A DNA stretch of 64,000 nucleotides, taken from positions 930,001-994,000 of the forward strand of contig CDPCPM010000182.1 of NCBI GenBank assembly GCA_976551045.1, read 5' to 3'. The translations under genes and the position numbers were made by a program. Shown here piece after piece: positions 51,801 to 64,000 of the stretch (positions within the stretch are counted from its first letter, which is position 1; each line of letters starts with the position of its first letter). The stretch is from Glaucostegus cemiculus (taxonomy: Eukaryota). The notes under the pieces are model-generated. The model was given only the letters and a program-made list of their open reading frames with translations. It was not told the origin of the DNA and searched no databases.

Positions 51801-54800
51801 AAAGATGTTTCTAACTCTTGATATTTAAAGCTATGATGAGGATTTTAAGAATGTTTTGCCCTAATGTAATATAATCAATGGTTGCTTCTGACCTGAGTAT
51901 GTGTTGTTTTATCTTTTAAAATATTAAAGTTTTGAATTGTCTGTTTCTGAAGATTGCCAATATATTGTATAGAAATTATCTAATTTCTTATAACTGGTGC
52001 TGTAAATTTCTTTGCATTTGCAAAGCTAAATAGCATTGTATTTCTTGCCAAACATTGAGAAATATAACCAGGTGCCCACAAAATGATCTGGGATGCTTTC
52101 AAGTCTAAGATATTTCAACTGTTTTTAAACTTAAAATGTAGTGTATAAAATGTTGTTTGCATCGTTGAGACACTGATTCTTTGCATTTATTCCTTTAATT
52201 AGTTACTTGCATCCTGGTATTTATTGGCAATGATCATTAGATTTATTGTATCTGACTTTCTTGCAAATTTGTCAGATGTACCACAGTATGTATTTTTTTC
52301 AAAGATCTTTAAACTTTCCTGTAATCTTAATAACTTCAGTCTTGTCTTCCTGGGATGTTGTGTTGGGCCTGAATTTCTTAAAAGCTTATCTGAAAAAATC
52401 ATTTCTGATTATGCAGGAATATTTTTCCATTCTCTGGCAAAATGGTCAAGTATCAAGAACAAGTCCAAGAGTGAGAGGAAGCGTAATTAATTTGTCTAAA
52501 AGGTGATAATTGTAGGATAAATTCTTAAGGAAAGCTGACGAAAGGAATAATATAAACTTGTTTGATAAATAATAAAATGCATTCTTTCTGGTGGTAAGGA
52601 ATTAAGAGTCAGATGAAAAGACTGATCAAAGAGATTGATGTAAAATGTAAACCAAGCTATTTAGTCCATGCTGGCTCTTGTGTTCCACATGAATCTCCTC
52701 TTACTATGTTAATCAAATCTACTGAAGGTCTCTTGAGTTCTTGCAGCTTTAATATTCGACTGGACCAAGAAACCAGTTAAGAAGTTAGAATGATTTTAGG
52801 TTTGTTGAATCCACCTGTTAAAGGAAATCTCTTGAATAACTGAAGTAAAAGCAGAAACCAAAGAATACGTGTGAATGCCATATGGGGAAAACAGGCTGTG
52901 TTATAATGCAACGTCCACAGATGTTTACAGGTACAACTAAGCATGTGTGTGTGCACCAAATGGTGGGCTCATTTTGCCTTGACCTTTTGAATGCTTGCTA
53001 TTAAGATACTCAAACAAAATAGGGTCAATTGTCTCCAAATTGGAGTTGAATTTTTTTAATAATTAGATTGAAAGTAAATTGCATTTAAAAAAAAAAGTCT
53101 GAATAGCTATTTTCACACTGTTGTTTTAAGTTTGTCATTACAATTATTTACATTATTTTTGTATATTTTTAATGTGAACAAAATTTCCTTAATAAAATTT
53201 GATGCAGATTAGCGATACTTAGGCGTATTATCCATCTATTTCTAGTCCCAACATCTCTCAAATGTCATTATGTAAAGTTGCAGCATACTGATGCATTTTT
53301 ACAGTTTGTATGTATGTATACTGCATTTGCTGTGTAATTAATGGTCTTAGCTGGAGTGAGACAAAGTCTTCATGTAATATTCAGAAAGTAAATTTGCAAA
53401 AGTAAATTGGGTTTGATAGTGCACCTGATAGTTTGTTCAAAATGATTCGGAATCCTCACTTTTCAATGTTTTAATATCACATTGAAGAGAATTTCCCTGT
53501 GTAAATTTACATTCTGTGAAAGAGACCATGTTGTGATTTTCTGTCATGTATTAGAAACATTAGTTAGGTCATTGTGGAATGGGAATAAGACATCTTAGTC
53601 ATTTTCTACTTGCACTTTCCTCATTGTTTTGATAGTTTTGCAATCTAGCAGGTACACAAGTGCTACAAAAGAGTTCCTGTATTTTAATTGAGAGAGCGCT
53701 CCTCTTTTGAAACCCCATAGTACTTTAGAACCCCAAGTGCTTGGCAGGCAAATAGATCCATGCATTCCATGAATATTGCAACTGGTGTCTCAAGGTTAGT
53801 TCTAACATTGGGATCTCCAGGCTTGAGGTGAAAATTCAGAATGTCTTCATTCTGTAGTAGTTGAGCGGATATTGGATGATAGTAATATCAAGCTCAGAAG
53901 TAAAATGGCCCTACCTGAGTTTTTTCTTTCTTTTCATTCCTTGAGCTCAGTAACCCTCACTTTACCATCATTCTTGTTAATCACCACATAGACACTAGGG
54001 TGAGTTGCATGGTGTGATACTGGTGTTAGTAAAACTGTATCCTTGTATTAGGTGTTGACTACATAAGAGCAAAATGTTTTGCTAACAAGCAAAAGATTTT
54101 GATGTCCTGATAAATGTAATTTTCTGTAACTTTATCCTGTACAGAAATTTGCACAAAAAAGCAAAGTTCAGTAATTTACTGTTTAATCCCCATTTTTAAA
54201 CTATTACCTAGAAGATTCAGTGGAGAAACATAACATTCTATCCAGCTGGTGGTTACACACAAGCTGCTCCCATTTATCTACCTACTTGTTCCTTTTTCCT
54301 TTGTTTCCTCCTAAATGCAAGTACACTATACACCTTTGTTTCCTCCTTCAATCATGTCTTCCAATACACAGGGTGGATAACCAATGCTGTGATACTCCAC
54401 ACAACGTATTCTAAATTATTGTTAAACTAGCAAAGTCTTTGTTATCCACGAGATGGAATCCTTCATGTAATTTCCCAAAAACGTAGCTCTTCAGCTGGAA
54501 ATGAAGGTTGGTTATTTTTATCTATCAAACTTCCAATTCCACCAAGGGCCTCACTATCCTGGCCTTTGATGGCCACCAACATTTTCTCCTCACCAATGTA
54601 AGGAATAAATCATTTTGCATCCAATGGCAACTCAGTGAATTCCCAGGTCAAGTACAGCACCGGTAGCTGCGGAGAAAATAAAACAACAAATAGTCCTTCA
54701 GCTCCATCTGGGAAGGAAATAAGTCAATTAGCATCTTAAAGAGATTTTGGTGGGAAATTGCTCTCCAGTTGCTCCTTTCTAGTCCATTAATGATATATCT

Positions 54801-57800
54801 TGTTTTATCCCTACAATTGAATCTTCACCTTATTTTAAAATTCTCTAAATTTACCACTGCCCTTTGCTATTACTTCAGACTCTTAATGATGATCTATCAT
54901 GTTTTGAAACATGTTTCTGTTCCTTTTTATTTTAACTGCTTCCACTTTCCTCCAGAATATGGTGACTTACTATCTTGTTGCCTGTGTCATGTACCACAAG
55001 TATTCTGGTTTTGAACTTGTGGATCTTGTACAATAATATTCATAAGGACTTTGATGCATTTAATACCAAACCCCTCCATCTTTACAATGCTTAATTATTT
55101 CTGTCTTAATAACATAACCCTTTAATCGGATAGAAACTTCAATTTTATTGCCATCTGAACATCTAGCCTATGGACATTCTTGTGTCTTGTGGATCTCCCT
55201 TCATCTCATGAATGACAATACTTAACCTTTTTTCAATGTTTATTTTCTACATTTGCGTTAAACACTTTCAACCTAAGCTTTGGAGATTTGAAACCCATTT
55301 CTATTTTTGGAAGATCTTATGACACCTTGTACTCTTGCCAAAGGATCATCAAAAATTTTATTTGAGTGATTGACCACCTCATTTCTAACTTCCACATTGC
55401 ACATTTACTTTGTTGTGCTGTGCTGTTTCAACATTACCTCCCTCATTCCCTTAAACTCTAATTTGTCATCTTCCTTACCCTATGTTGAAATTCTCCTCTA
55501 CTGTTAAAATTGTTAACGGGGAGTATTTGCTCACACTCAATATTTCAAGCCAAAACTTGACCATGCGATCAGTACTTTCGTGTTGATTCTCTTTCTGTAT
55601 AAGTGTGCATGTTTATTGACAATCAAACATTTAATTGTGGATTAACATTAAATATTTAAAGTGTTGCTTGATGGCTCAATTTCTCATTTGTCCCCTATAT
55701 TAAATTTATGCTATCAGCACAATGATTGATGTGATTTGAAATAGTCTTTTCTGGTGAGGATAGGGGTGCAGAATATAAGAGCAACTAAAGAGAATATAGA
55801 GTGCAGCAGGATAAGAAAAAGTAGTTGGAAACAAAAGCACCATGCAATATCATAGAAAACATCACAGTGCCAGTGCAAATATGCCTTTACAGTTTTAAAT
55901 GAAGTAAACAAGTGTGATGCATGCAAGGCAGCTTTTGGTCTTGGGCAACTTTCTTTAAAGAAAACAAACCTTTTCAAAAAAAAAGTATTGTACTGCATGA
56001 GATGGAGAGAGACCCATGAGAGGTTCAGGATAAGAATATCCATATTCTTTGGCTCATCTATATATGGATTGAGATGGTGCCTTCCCTGTAAATCTGTGAT
56101 ATTTGGATTCTGATGCAAAATATCTTGGGTGAGAAAACCTCTCGGGCAAGACAAGTGAGCACCACCCTTGGGTCAATGTGCCATCTGTTGTCTCTGATTC
56201 CTTGCTGGTTGAGTGGATTAATGTGGTGTTAAATCAGCTTGACCATGGATGACCCAGGTTTGCTGTCAGGTCTTCTGAATGAGTTGATCTTGGATGGGGC
56301 AGCAATTGATTGCTGTTATGAGCTTTCCTTTTGTATGACAGATGTCTAGCTTTTCACAATTACATCAACAATTGCCCTGAAATTCCCATTAATGCCAAAT
56401 ATAATTGAACATTCAATGGAAAAAAGGGCAAGGCAGGGAGATGAAATAGCATCACCTGAAACATTCCCGTCATGTTTAAAGACCAAAGACTAAGCAATCA
56501 AAAAGTAATTGTGCAAAGTCTTCTGAGTCTATGCTCGTGTGTGCTGAGATATGCACAGTCCTCCCAGGAAAACAAGGATTTCTTAAAGTATCATTATCTT
56601 AACAAGATTAATTGTGCAATATCAGCAATGCAAAGGCAGTATTTGGATCTGGAGCAACAAACCATGTGCTGGAGGAATTCAGTGGATCATGCAGCATCTG
56701 TGGGAGGAAAGAAAATATTGATTTTTTGGGTCTCAACCCTGCATCAGGACTTGTAGCACCTTTTAATTATTTAATAGCCACAGAACCTTAAGGAACAATA
56801 CAGGCCTCTCCTTTATTGGTATAAGGCAGAGGAACAAACCCAGTCATGGAGAAGGTAAGGTTGAATTACCCATTTCTTATCACCCATCAATTTCTAATTT
56901 ACAACTACAGGGTCCAGTGTCTGAATTCCAACACAAAGATCATGCCAGATTTTAGATTTGAATTTTTTGTTCTAATGGCCAAATGTTCTTCCTGTGATGT
57001 GCTTCCAAAGTAAGGTTGGGCACTTGGATCAGGTCAGATCAACTAAGAGGGAACGAGATCAATACACCACTAAACAGCTGTGCAATCAGACAACTCGCAG
57101 CTAGTTCTGGTTTTCAGACTGCCTGACACTGGATCTGTTGTGGATTAACTTTTCCCTTATTTGTGTCATCTCTTTGCACTAGTGTTTATTTCTCCAGTTA
57201 GAGGGAGTCCTTGCCCTCCCCAGCATTTTATTAAATAACCCACTCTTTCCTTCCTATTATTGTCCCTAATGGGATTTGCTGCTTATCATTCAACTTGCTC
57301 ACTTTAAAGATTTAATTAGGATGAAGGTACTTAATATTATAATCTTGCAGTACAAGAAAAGACCATGTGCTTATGGCCTATCAAAACCATTCCTGCTCTA
57401 GCTAATTTAGTAACCACCTCCAGCTCTTCTCCCAGCAGTCATGAAATGAATTCCTGTTAAAAGTTATTAATTTACTTTGACCATCAGATGAACAGTTCAC
57501 TGTGTTTAGTAATAAAAAAGGTTCTCATCATTCACCTCATTCTTTGCCAGTTGCTAAAGGTCTATTCCTCTGGTTATTGATTCCTTAAATGTAAACATGT
57601 CTTTATTATGAAGAATTTTTTAAATCTATATGGTCTTCCCTTACAAGCTCTGCTTTGAAATGAATTACCCCACCTTCTTGATTCTCTCCCCAAAACTAAA
57701 GTCACTCATTTGCACTCTCATTAAACATGTTCATGCTTAATTCAAAAAGTCAATATTCAAGTACAAGGAACGAAAAATATCCTATTACAGCAACACAAAT

Positions 57801-58478
57801 GGATGTACAACAGATGCTTTTGTAATATACATATTTGTATAATCAAATAGTCTCAATTTACAACTTTTCTCCAAATGTTAGAAATGTTGAAAAACTGCCA
57901 TAGAGCTAGTTAACTGAAAAGAACTGATAGATCCTGAAGCTGAGCACACTATCCACATTTCTGCTACCATAGCACTGGTCATATACAAAATATTGGAATT
58001 CCCATGGGAAATGTTTACATAATTTTCAGTGGAATATAGGACCCTCATCCATGTTTGGAAAAATAACAGCCTACAGGGCTGGAGTTTCATACAACCAAAA
58101 TGAAGTTGTCTTCCGCAACCAAATTTAAAATATTAAAATTTGATTTTACTTGTAATGTGGAAAAAGAAATACATTTAAACAGAATTATTTCTGTAGTACA
58201 AAAGGTGTCAAGTTTGAACTAGGCATTGAAACATGAGCATTTTAAACTTCCTTGTAAATAAAGTCACATTATTCACAAGTATTAAGTCTTAATCTTAAAT
58301 CTTTTTGACATGATGCTCTTAACTTTAATTGAAAGTCGAGGCAACATTGATTTTTGTATACATCCACAGGCTTGTTATTTCCATGTACGGTCAGTATTTC
58401 TTCTGTTTCCACCAGAGATCCTTTTGTTTCTCAGATGGTATGTAACAGTTCTTCATACAAATAAACTTGTTTGTGATT

Positions 58479-58556
58479 CTATACAGCCCCATGCAAGTAC
58501 AAGGCAAGGAATTTACTGAATGTCTCTGGACAATATCCAGACAGCCCAGCAGGAAC
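58479..58556 (-). CDS. MRPL37: MRPL37 last coding exon (VPAGLSGYCPETFSKFLALYLHGAV*)
   Basis: Minus strand ttcttctttctag|GTT CCT...GCT GTA TAG; 78 nt. Confidence 0.93.
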   Translation of the reverse strand, partial: VPAGLSGYCPETFSKFLALYLHGAV

Positions 58557-58846
58557 CTAGAAAGAAGAAAAGAAATTCTGAACACAGATCTGTTGTTTAA
58601 TTTACATTTTAAAAAAAATATATACTTCATGTACTTTCATTGTTTGCAAACAATCAAATTAAGTGTGTGTGGGATTCATTTAAAAATTTAGACAACTTGT
58701 GCTAATCATGAAGAAAGCTTGCTTAGGTCCCTAGTTATCAAATTAAAACTGATCAAATTGCAAGATGCAGGATGGAAAATCATCGATACAAAACTTTGCC
58801 ATTGTTGTCACATCAAAGCTTTTGCAATGGTTCTAACTGTACTTAC

Positions 58847-59050
58847 CTGGACCATTTTCTTTTTCATTATTGGGAGGCACTTTGCATAGTCATACAGCAG
58901 CTGGTCTTGATCCAACCAAATGAGATTTTTTATCCCATCATTTGATTGTAGGTTCGTGGTATTTAGCTGGAAAACTAGAAACTGGAACAGCCTTCCATTC
59001 GTGGCAATGCATTGTACTGTGATAGGATTGTCCAACACCTTTGGTTCTTC
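58847..59050 (-). CDS. MRPL37: MRPL37 penultimate exon (EEPKVLDNPITVQ...PIMKKKMVQ)
   Basis: Minus strand tctcacag|GAA GAA CCA...GTC CAG|gtaagt; 204 nt. Confidence 0.94.
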
Positions 59051-59499
59051 CTGTGAGATTAAAATTAAATAACAGCTTATAATTCTATTCCAAATTACAG
59101 GTTAAAATGGATAAGGTTCTAGAACATTCCAACTACACTTAATTACATGTGAAAAGAAAAGCATCTTTCTTCCCTGTTCTTCCTCTGTATACCTGCAATT
59201 TTTGTTCCAAGTATTCATCCTATTTTCATCCATCACCCTCAAGGTAATGCATTCCAAGTCATCTCAGGTCACCTCTAGTTCTATTGCCAATCATCTTGCA
59301 TCTATGCATGCTCGTTAACCCTTCAACCATTGAAAATAGGCAGTTTAAACTTGAGCATCTATCAAATTTCCCCCCCCCCCCTTTCAGTTACAAGGCAACT
59401 GCCCCAACCTACAGTTTAACCATACAACTATGATGCTTTATTCCAGGACTTTTTCCATGCCAGTATCTTCTATACCAAAGTCTTTGTGTGTGCACATTT

Positions 59500-60900
59500 A
59501 AAAAGAAAACAATGCTGTCGTATGTAGAGGTAGCATTATCTCCAGGCTTGTGTATTCTGTATCCATATAACACGGCTTCTTCTGCATTCCTTTTAAATGG
59601 AATAATTTTATTCTTCCTAAGTTTAATATAAATCCAAGTTTGTTACCTGTGAATTTCACTTTGCAAGTCCTCACTGTATATAAATGAAAGCAGCAGTCCT
59701 GGTACAGAACCCTGGAACTCTGGTGCATATCACCTTCTAGTTTGAAAAACACTGGTGGTCACTACCTGTTTTCTATCCCTTTTCTCTATATAGTGTTCAG
59801 CATGAAACAGTTTAATAAAATTATCATTCATATTAACAGCACTTCTCTCATTGCACCCTTCTCTGTCATTCAAAAACAAAACAATCCAGTTCAATGCAGC
59901 CAAAGACTAGATGTAGTGGAAGAAACAATAATAGTCAATTCCCATTATGCCTTAACAAAAGGGGCCAAAAGTGACAGCAGGAGAAGCTTTACAAGTGGTT
60001 TGGGTCTGCTGAGCAGTGCCAGGTAGTAGAGGCAGATTCAATAGCAGTATTGAAAAGGAAGCTGGATAATTATTTAAAATTTAAAAAGAATTTGCTGAGC
60101 TAATGGGGAGAAGATTGGGATTAGCTGGATTGTTCTTGATAGAGCAGTAATGGATGCAAATAGCCACCTCTGTGCTATATCCATTTCAGCAATTCATTAA
60201 ATTTATCTTTTTTAATTTAAACTATGACAACCTTGCAGTCCTTCATTGCTTTGGTATCGAAGTAAGATTAGAGGGCTAGGCCAACAACTCTGGAACTTCT
60301 ACACCTTAAACAACCTAGGATGCATCCTTTTGGGATGGGTGACTTAATCAATTTTTAGCACTGCTAGCTTTTCCAGTGCTGCCTCTGGTATCCAAGCAAC
60401 CTGTTTACTATAACTCTGGCAAAGTCTTTTTCCTTTGTTCAATAATTAGTAGCTATACTTTCTGCTTGAACAAAGCTCTAGTTTGGTCCAACTGCTTCTT
60501 CTCTTTATCAATGTAAAAGGAATTCCAAACATCTTCTATAGGTACATGTGCTGCCAACCTATTCTTCCACTATCTCTGCCACTCTTATTTCCCTGAACTC
60601 AGGATGCTTCCTCCTTAGGAAGATGACAGGTCGGTTATACAACCCCTTTGTGAATGAGAAAGCTCTGGCTTTGTTTACTATTACTTTCCCAGTACACAGT
60701 ATCTTCTTAAAGGTTAGCAGCAGCTTATTATATTTCTGCCTGCTTATTGTCCACTTGACCTTGCCCAGGACCGATACCACCTCAATTCATTGCAATTAGT
60801 CCCTCAGCAATTAAGAATTTTCATTCTCTTACCAATATCATGGCCATTTCCAAATTAATTATGACATATTTGATTTATTTTTTTAAGACCATAATCCAGT
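59500..60900 (-). mobile_element. Highly decayed CR1-like fragments in an MRPL37 intron
   Basis: Degenerate CR1-like segments (acccatcccaaaaggatgcatcctagg on -, GP.G.HPR-like); boundaries approximate. Confidence 0.45.
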
Positions 60901-61208
60901 AAATTGAAGAAAATAATACATAAGAATTCTCTTGTACATAATTATGTACCTCCCTTCTCTATCCTTGAGACAATTAATATAGTGGTAGTTAAGACTCCTA
61001 CTTTTAATCTACAGTATTTTTATTAATTGCACCTTCACCTCCCTCTCATCATTTGATTTTCCTGGTCCCCTTTAAGCTCAGTGGTATTGGATTTAGCTCA
61101 GTGTTTTACGGTATATGACAAAAATCAGGGATTAAGTAGAAAAGAAATTTCTTCTTCAATAAATGTATGTTGTAATAATGGTACTAGAGAGGTACAGTAG
61201 ATACTTAC

Positions 61209-61363
61209 CCCATATAAAATCTTGGCCCTTACGAGGGCATTGGCGAAAGTGAACATAATCATCTTGGCCCTTAATGGTTCTGGTTTGAACAATGTTGCAT
61301 TAACAGAGGACTCCGTAATATATAGGGTGTGTGCATGAGGAAAAGGATATCCATCTTGGAAGC
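61209..61363 (-). CDS. MRPL37: MRPL37 exon (G-FQDGYPFPHAHTLY...RAKILYG)
   Basis: Minus strand tctcatag|GC TTC...TAT GGG|gtaagt; 155 nt. Confidence 0.94.
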
Positions 61364-61862
61364 CTATGAGAAAGCAATCAAGAAGGCAAACAGTGGAAGC
61401 TGAGGGTAGCAGAAGGAGAAACACTAGCGAGCCAGAAATAGAACTGACTTTTCTGATACTTCATCAGAAAAAAGGCTGCCAAGTTACTTGGACACAAGTC
61501 CTTTAACAAATCCATGGTGGCTTTCTCAAATCAATCCATTCTTGTCTAAGTGAATGTTAATACTGTCCCTGTTTATTTCAACAACTTTCCCCACCACTGA
61601 GTTTGAACTGTCATTACTGGATTTACTCGTACCCTTATTCAAAAAAGTGTAGAACATGAACAACCTCAGCCCTCATGCACTAGCAACTTTTTTTAATCTC
61701 CAACTTTTACCAGTCCTGAAATATTAACTTTCTCTCTGCACAGATGCAGCCTGACCTGTTGAACTCTGTGTTTTATTTCTGATAGAGTACTGTCATTGGC
61801 AAATGATGGTTAAGAAACTGACACTGCAGGACCTATACCATGGAGCTTATTGAAAAACCCAC

Positions 61863-62048
61863 CTGTATCATTATGTAGTTCATAGACGTGTGTTGGCTGT
61901 AGGTCAATATTAGGTGAAATGGGATAGAATGTTGGGAGGATATGTTTTTCTGTGCTTAATATCTCTTTTTCTCCAGCTAAGGCTGGTAAAGGTTGCTTAC
62001 TACTCAAGAGCATCCCATTCAAACCACAAACCCGGTATATGTCAGATT
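61863..62048 (-). CDS. MRPL37: MRPL37 exon (E-SDIYRVCGLNG...HVYELHNDT-G)
   Basis: Minus strand tctttgcag|AA TCT GAC...GAT ACA G|gtgggt; 186 nt. Confidence 0.92.
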
Positions 62049-63379
62049 CTGCAAAGAGAATAGAATATTCATTAATCAATGAACTTAATGTACAAACAGA
62101 TCATGGCTTGATAATTTTCCCTTCCCCTTGTCCTTTTAAGGATGCTTGCACTACTTGACTGTAAATAGGCATTATCCACACTTTTCCCCCCAGTAGCAGT
62201 CCAGGTTAACATACAAAAATTGCAAATCTTTACAGAAATTAAACATGCACGAAACATGTACACAACATTTCTCTTTCAGGTTGTGCATTTCTTTTGAAAT
62301 TGCCAGAAGAGTTGCTGAATGCCAGGAATCTCTTATTTATTCATCTGTACTGTGATCAATATCAGTTGATAGATCACAGATGAGAGCTCAAACCCAGACT
62401 TTTCTGGGATAGAAAATTCAACTCCACATTTACCAATGAACTACCAGAACTACTATATTTTTTTTGGTGCAATAAATGCATGGAATGCTTCAAAAACACC
62501 CTTCAATTCCATTTTGCAACTCCTGAACTAATGAGGTAGACCATGCATGTATACAGCAAGCCCTACACAACAGTTATGCACAGGTTGGTAAGTGGCAAAT
62601 GTCAGACTTTGACTGTCTCCAGCAGGGTAAAGAGTTTAACCATCTACCTTTGACATTCAATAGCATTACCATTGCTGTGCTTCCCCCCCCCCCCCCCCAC
62701 CCCCACCCCCAAATCAATATTCTGGGTATCACTAACCAGAAGCTCAACAAGACCAGCCACTTAGATACTGTGCCAGCACGTCAGAGGCTCCTGTAGCAAG
62801 CTAACACCAAGCTTCCCCATCATAAGTACAGAGACTGAAGAAGTATTTTTCATTTGTTTGGGTGAGTGCAGCTCTAACAATATTTGAGAAGTTTGACATC
62901 ATCCAGGATGGTGTAACTTGCTTTATTGTCCACTACCTTAACTATTCCTTTGCTGCACCATTGGAGTATAGTGGCTGCAGTGTGTACCATTTATAAAACA
63001 CACTACAGTTATTCACCAAGGTTGTTCTTCTCACCTCCAAGTCCATAAACGCTACTACCAAGGGCAGACAGACTCCTCTCCAATTGTACACTATCCTGAC
63101 TTCATTGTCACTGGATCTAAATTCTCAAACTATATGCAATCTATATGCAATGCAAGGAATAAACTTAAAGCACAATACAAATTTTCTTAAAAATTCATTC
63201 CCTTTCTCTGGTTTTACTGCAAAGCAAAAGAAATGAAGTTACATTAAGTATAAAAGCTTCAGAACATTAATTTCATATGAAAATCAATGTTATCATTTAT
63301 TTGTATTTACTGGTATTTCTTGGAGCAATTGCATTGAAATATACAAGACTTAACAAAATAGATGTTTTCACTGATAATC

Positions 63380-64000
63380 TGAGACCTGTTCCACACTTGA
63401 CTAAGAGGTTGACCATTTATAGCTAAGATGAGGAGCAATTTCTTCTGTGGGATGTGAATCGCTCTACCCCAGAGCATCATGGCTGCTAAATCAGAAAGTA
63501 TAGTCAAGGCTGAGATAGAGTTTTGAAAAATGAAGCTAAGGAAGTCAGGGGTTGAGACCAAAGTTCAGACTAGTCATGAATGATAAATAGTGTTCAAAGG
63601 GCTATATGTCCTATTCCTACTCTTATTCATTATGTTCTTGTGTACTTAATTACTGGCAATGCCTCGGGTAGAGAAGCATCTGCCATCCTGGGGACACACT
63701 TTAGGAGTGATGATTTCAAGACTTTGGAGAAGATATGAAAAGAGCTGTACCAGAACTAGTCCATCAATCACTTTGGCAATGATACTGGATGATTGGAGAT
63801 TGTTGCATGTACAACAAAATAGGCTGCAATGTGATATAGTACAGAAATTCAAAATTATGAGGGGTTTTGAATGAATAGAGGGAAAAAATATTCTTCTGGC
63901 AATAGACTGATAACCTGAGGTCACAAATTTAAAATAGTGGGCAACAAAATCAGAGGGCAAACAAGGAAGAACTTATTTCACACAAAGGGTAATCAAAATC
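63380..64000 (+). mobile_element. Decayed CR1 3' fragments
   Basis: WGHTLG...KFKIMRGF-like frame (63659..63874) and tail-like aagggctatatgtcctattcct. Confidence 0.55.

Larger units (their letters stand above)
58479..62048 (-). other. MRPL37: MRPL37 (mitochondrial ribosomal protein mL37) gene, last four coding exons; 5' exons not found in the window
   Basis: Spliced frame ...TFYPISPNIDL...NDTGFQDGYPFPHAHTLY...LRAKMIMFTFANAL...FQFLVFQLNTT...GIKNLIWLDQDQLLY...ETFSKFLALYLHGAV* matches vertebrate mL37. Confidence 0.94.

Noticed and set aside
55714-56154. 146-aa minus-strand ORF between the two genes
   Set aside because: No recognisable family and no exon structure; F/L-rich like non-coding sequence.
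62072-63561. Search for the next upstream MRPL37 exon (TWTAT and VWNR peptides in ORFs 62072..62263 and 63307..63561)
   Set aside because: No phase-compatible exon with mL37 similarity; the WNR match is in an antisense CR1 remnant. The exon probably lies beyond the window.
1-64000. Prokaryote-type systems (CRISPR, operons, defence islands) or an intact autonomous transposon
   Set aside because: The window is spliced vertebrate gene sequence; all transposon coding remnants carry stops or frameshifts, and no repeat-spacer array was seen.

Overview
Eukaryotic (vertebrate) genomic DNA. The repeat content (CR1/HER1-type LINEs, HE1-like SINEs, Penelope-derived fold-back elements, Rex1 tails) points to a cartilaginous fish (shark or ray); this is inferred, not searched. 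The + strand carries the 3' part of SSBP3 (SSDP1): 14 coding exons with GT-AG boundaries, 14055..47343, which splice to a continuous 295-aa frame ending YSPSMTMSV*. Exon numbers (5-18) follow human SSBP3 as recalled. The - strand carries the last four coding exons of MRPL37 (62048..58479), convergent with SSBP3, the same tail-to-tail arrangement as in human. Nearly all ORFs in the supplied track are spurious or decayed retroelement fragments. I found no prokaryotic-type system, CRISPR array, intact transposon or RNA gene. The best leads are splicing-regulatory: a stem that could bury the exon 7 donor next to a stop-containing alternative donor, RBFOX and QKI motif clusters at two cassette-type exons, and putative conserved non-coding elements. 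Other leads are several hairpins (one flanking the assembly gap), a nested transposon cluster and a possibly very long SSBP3 3' UTR.
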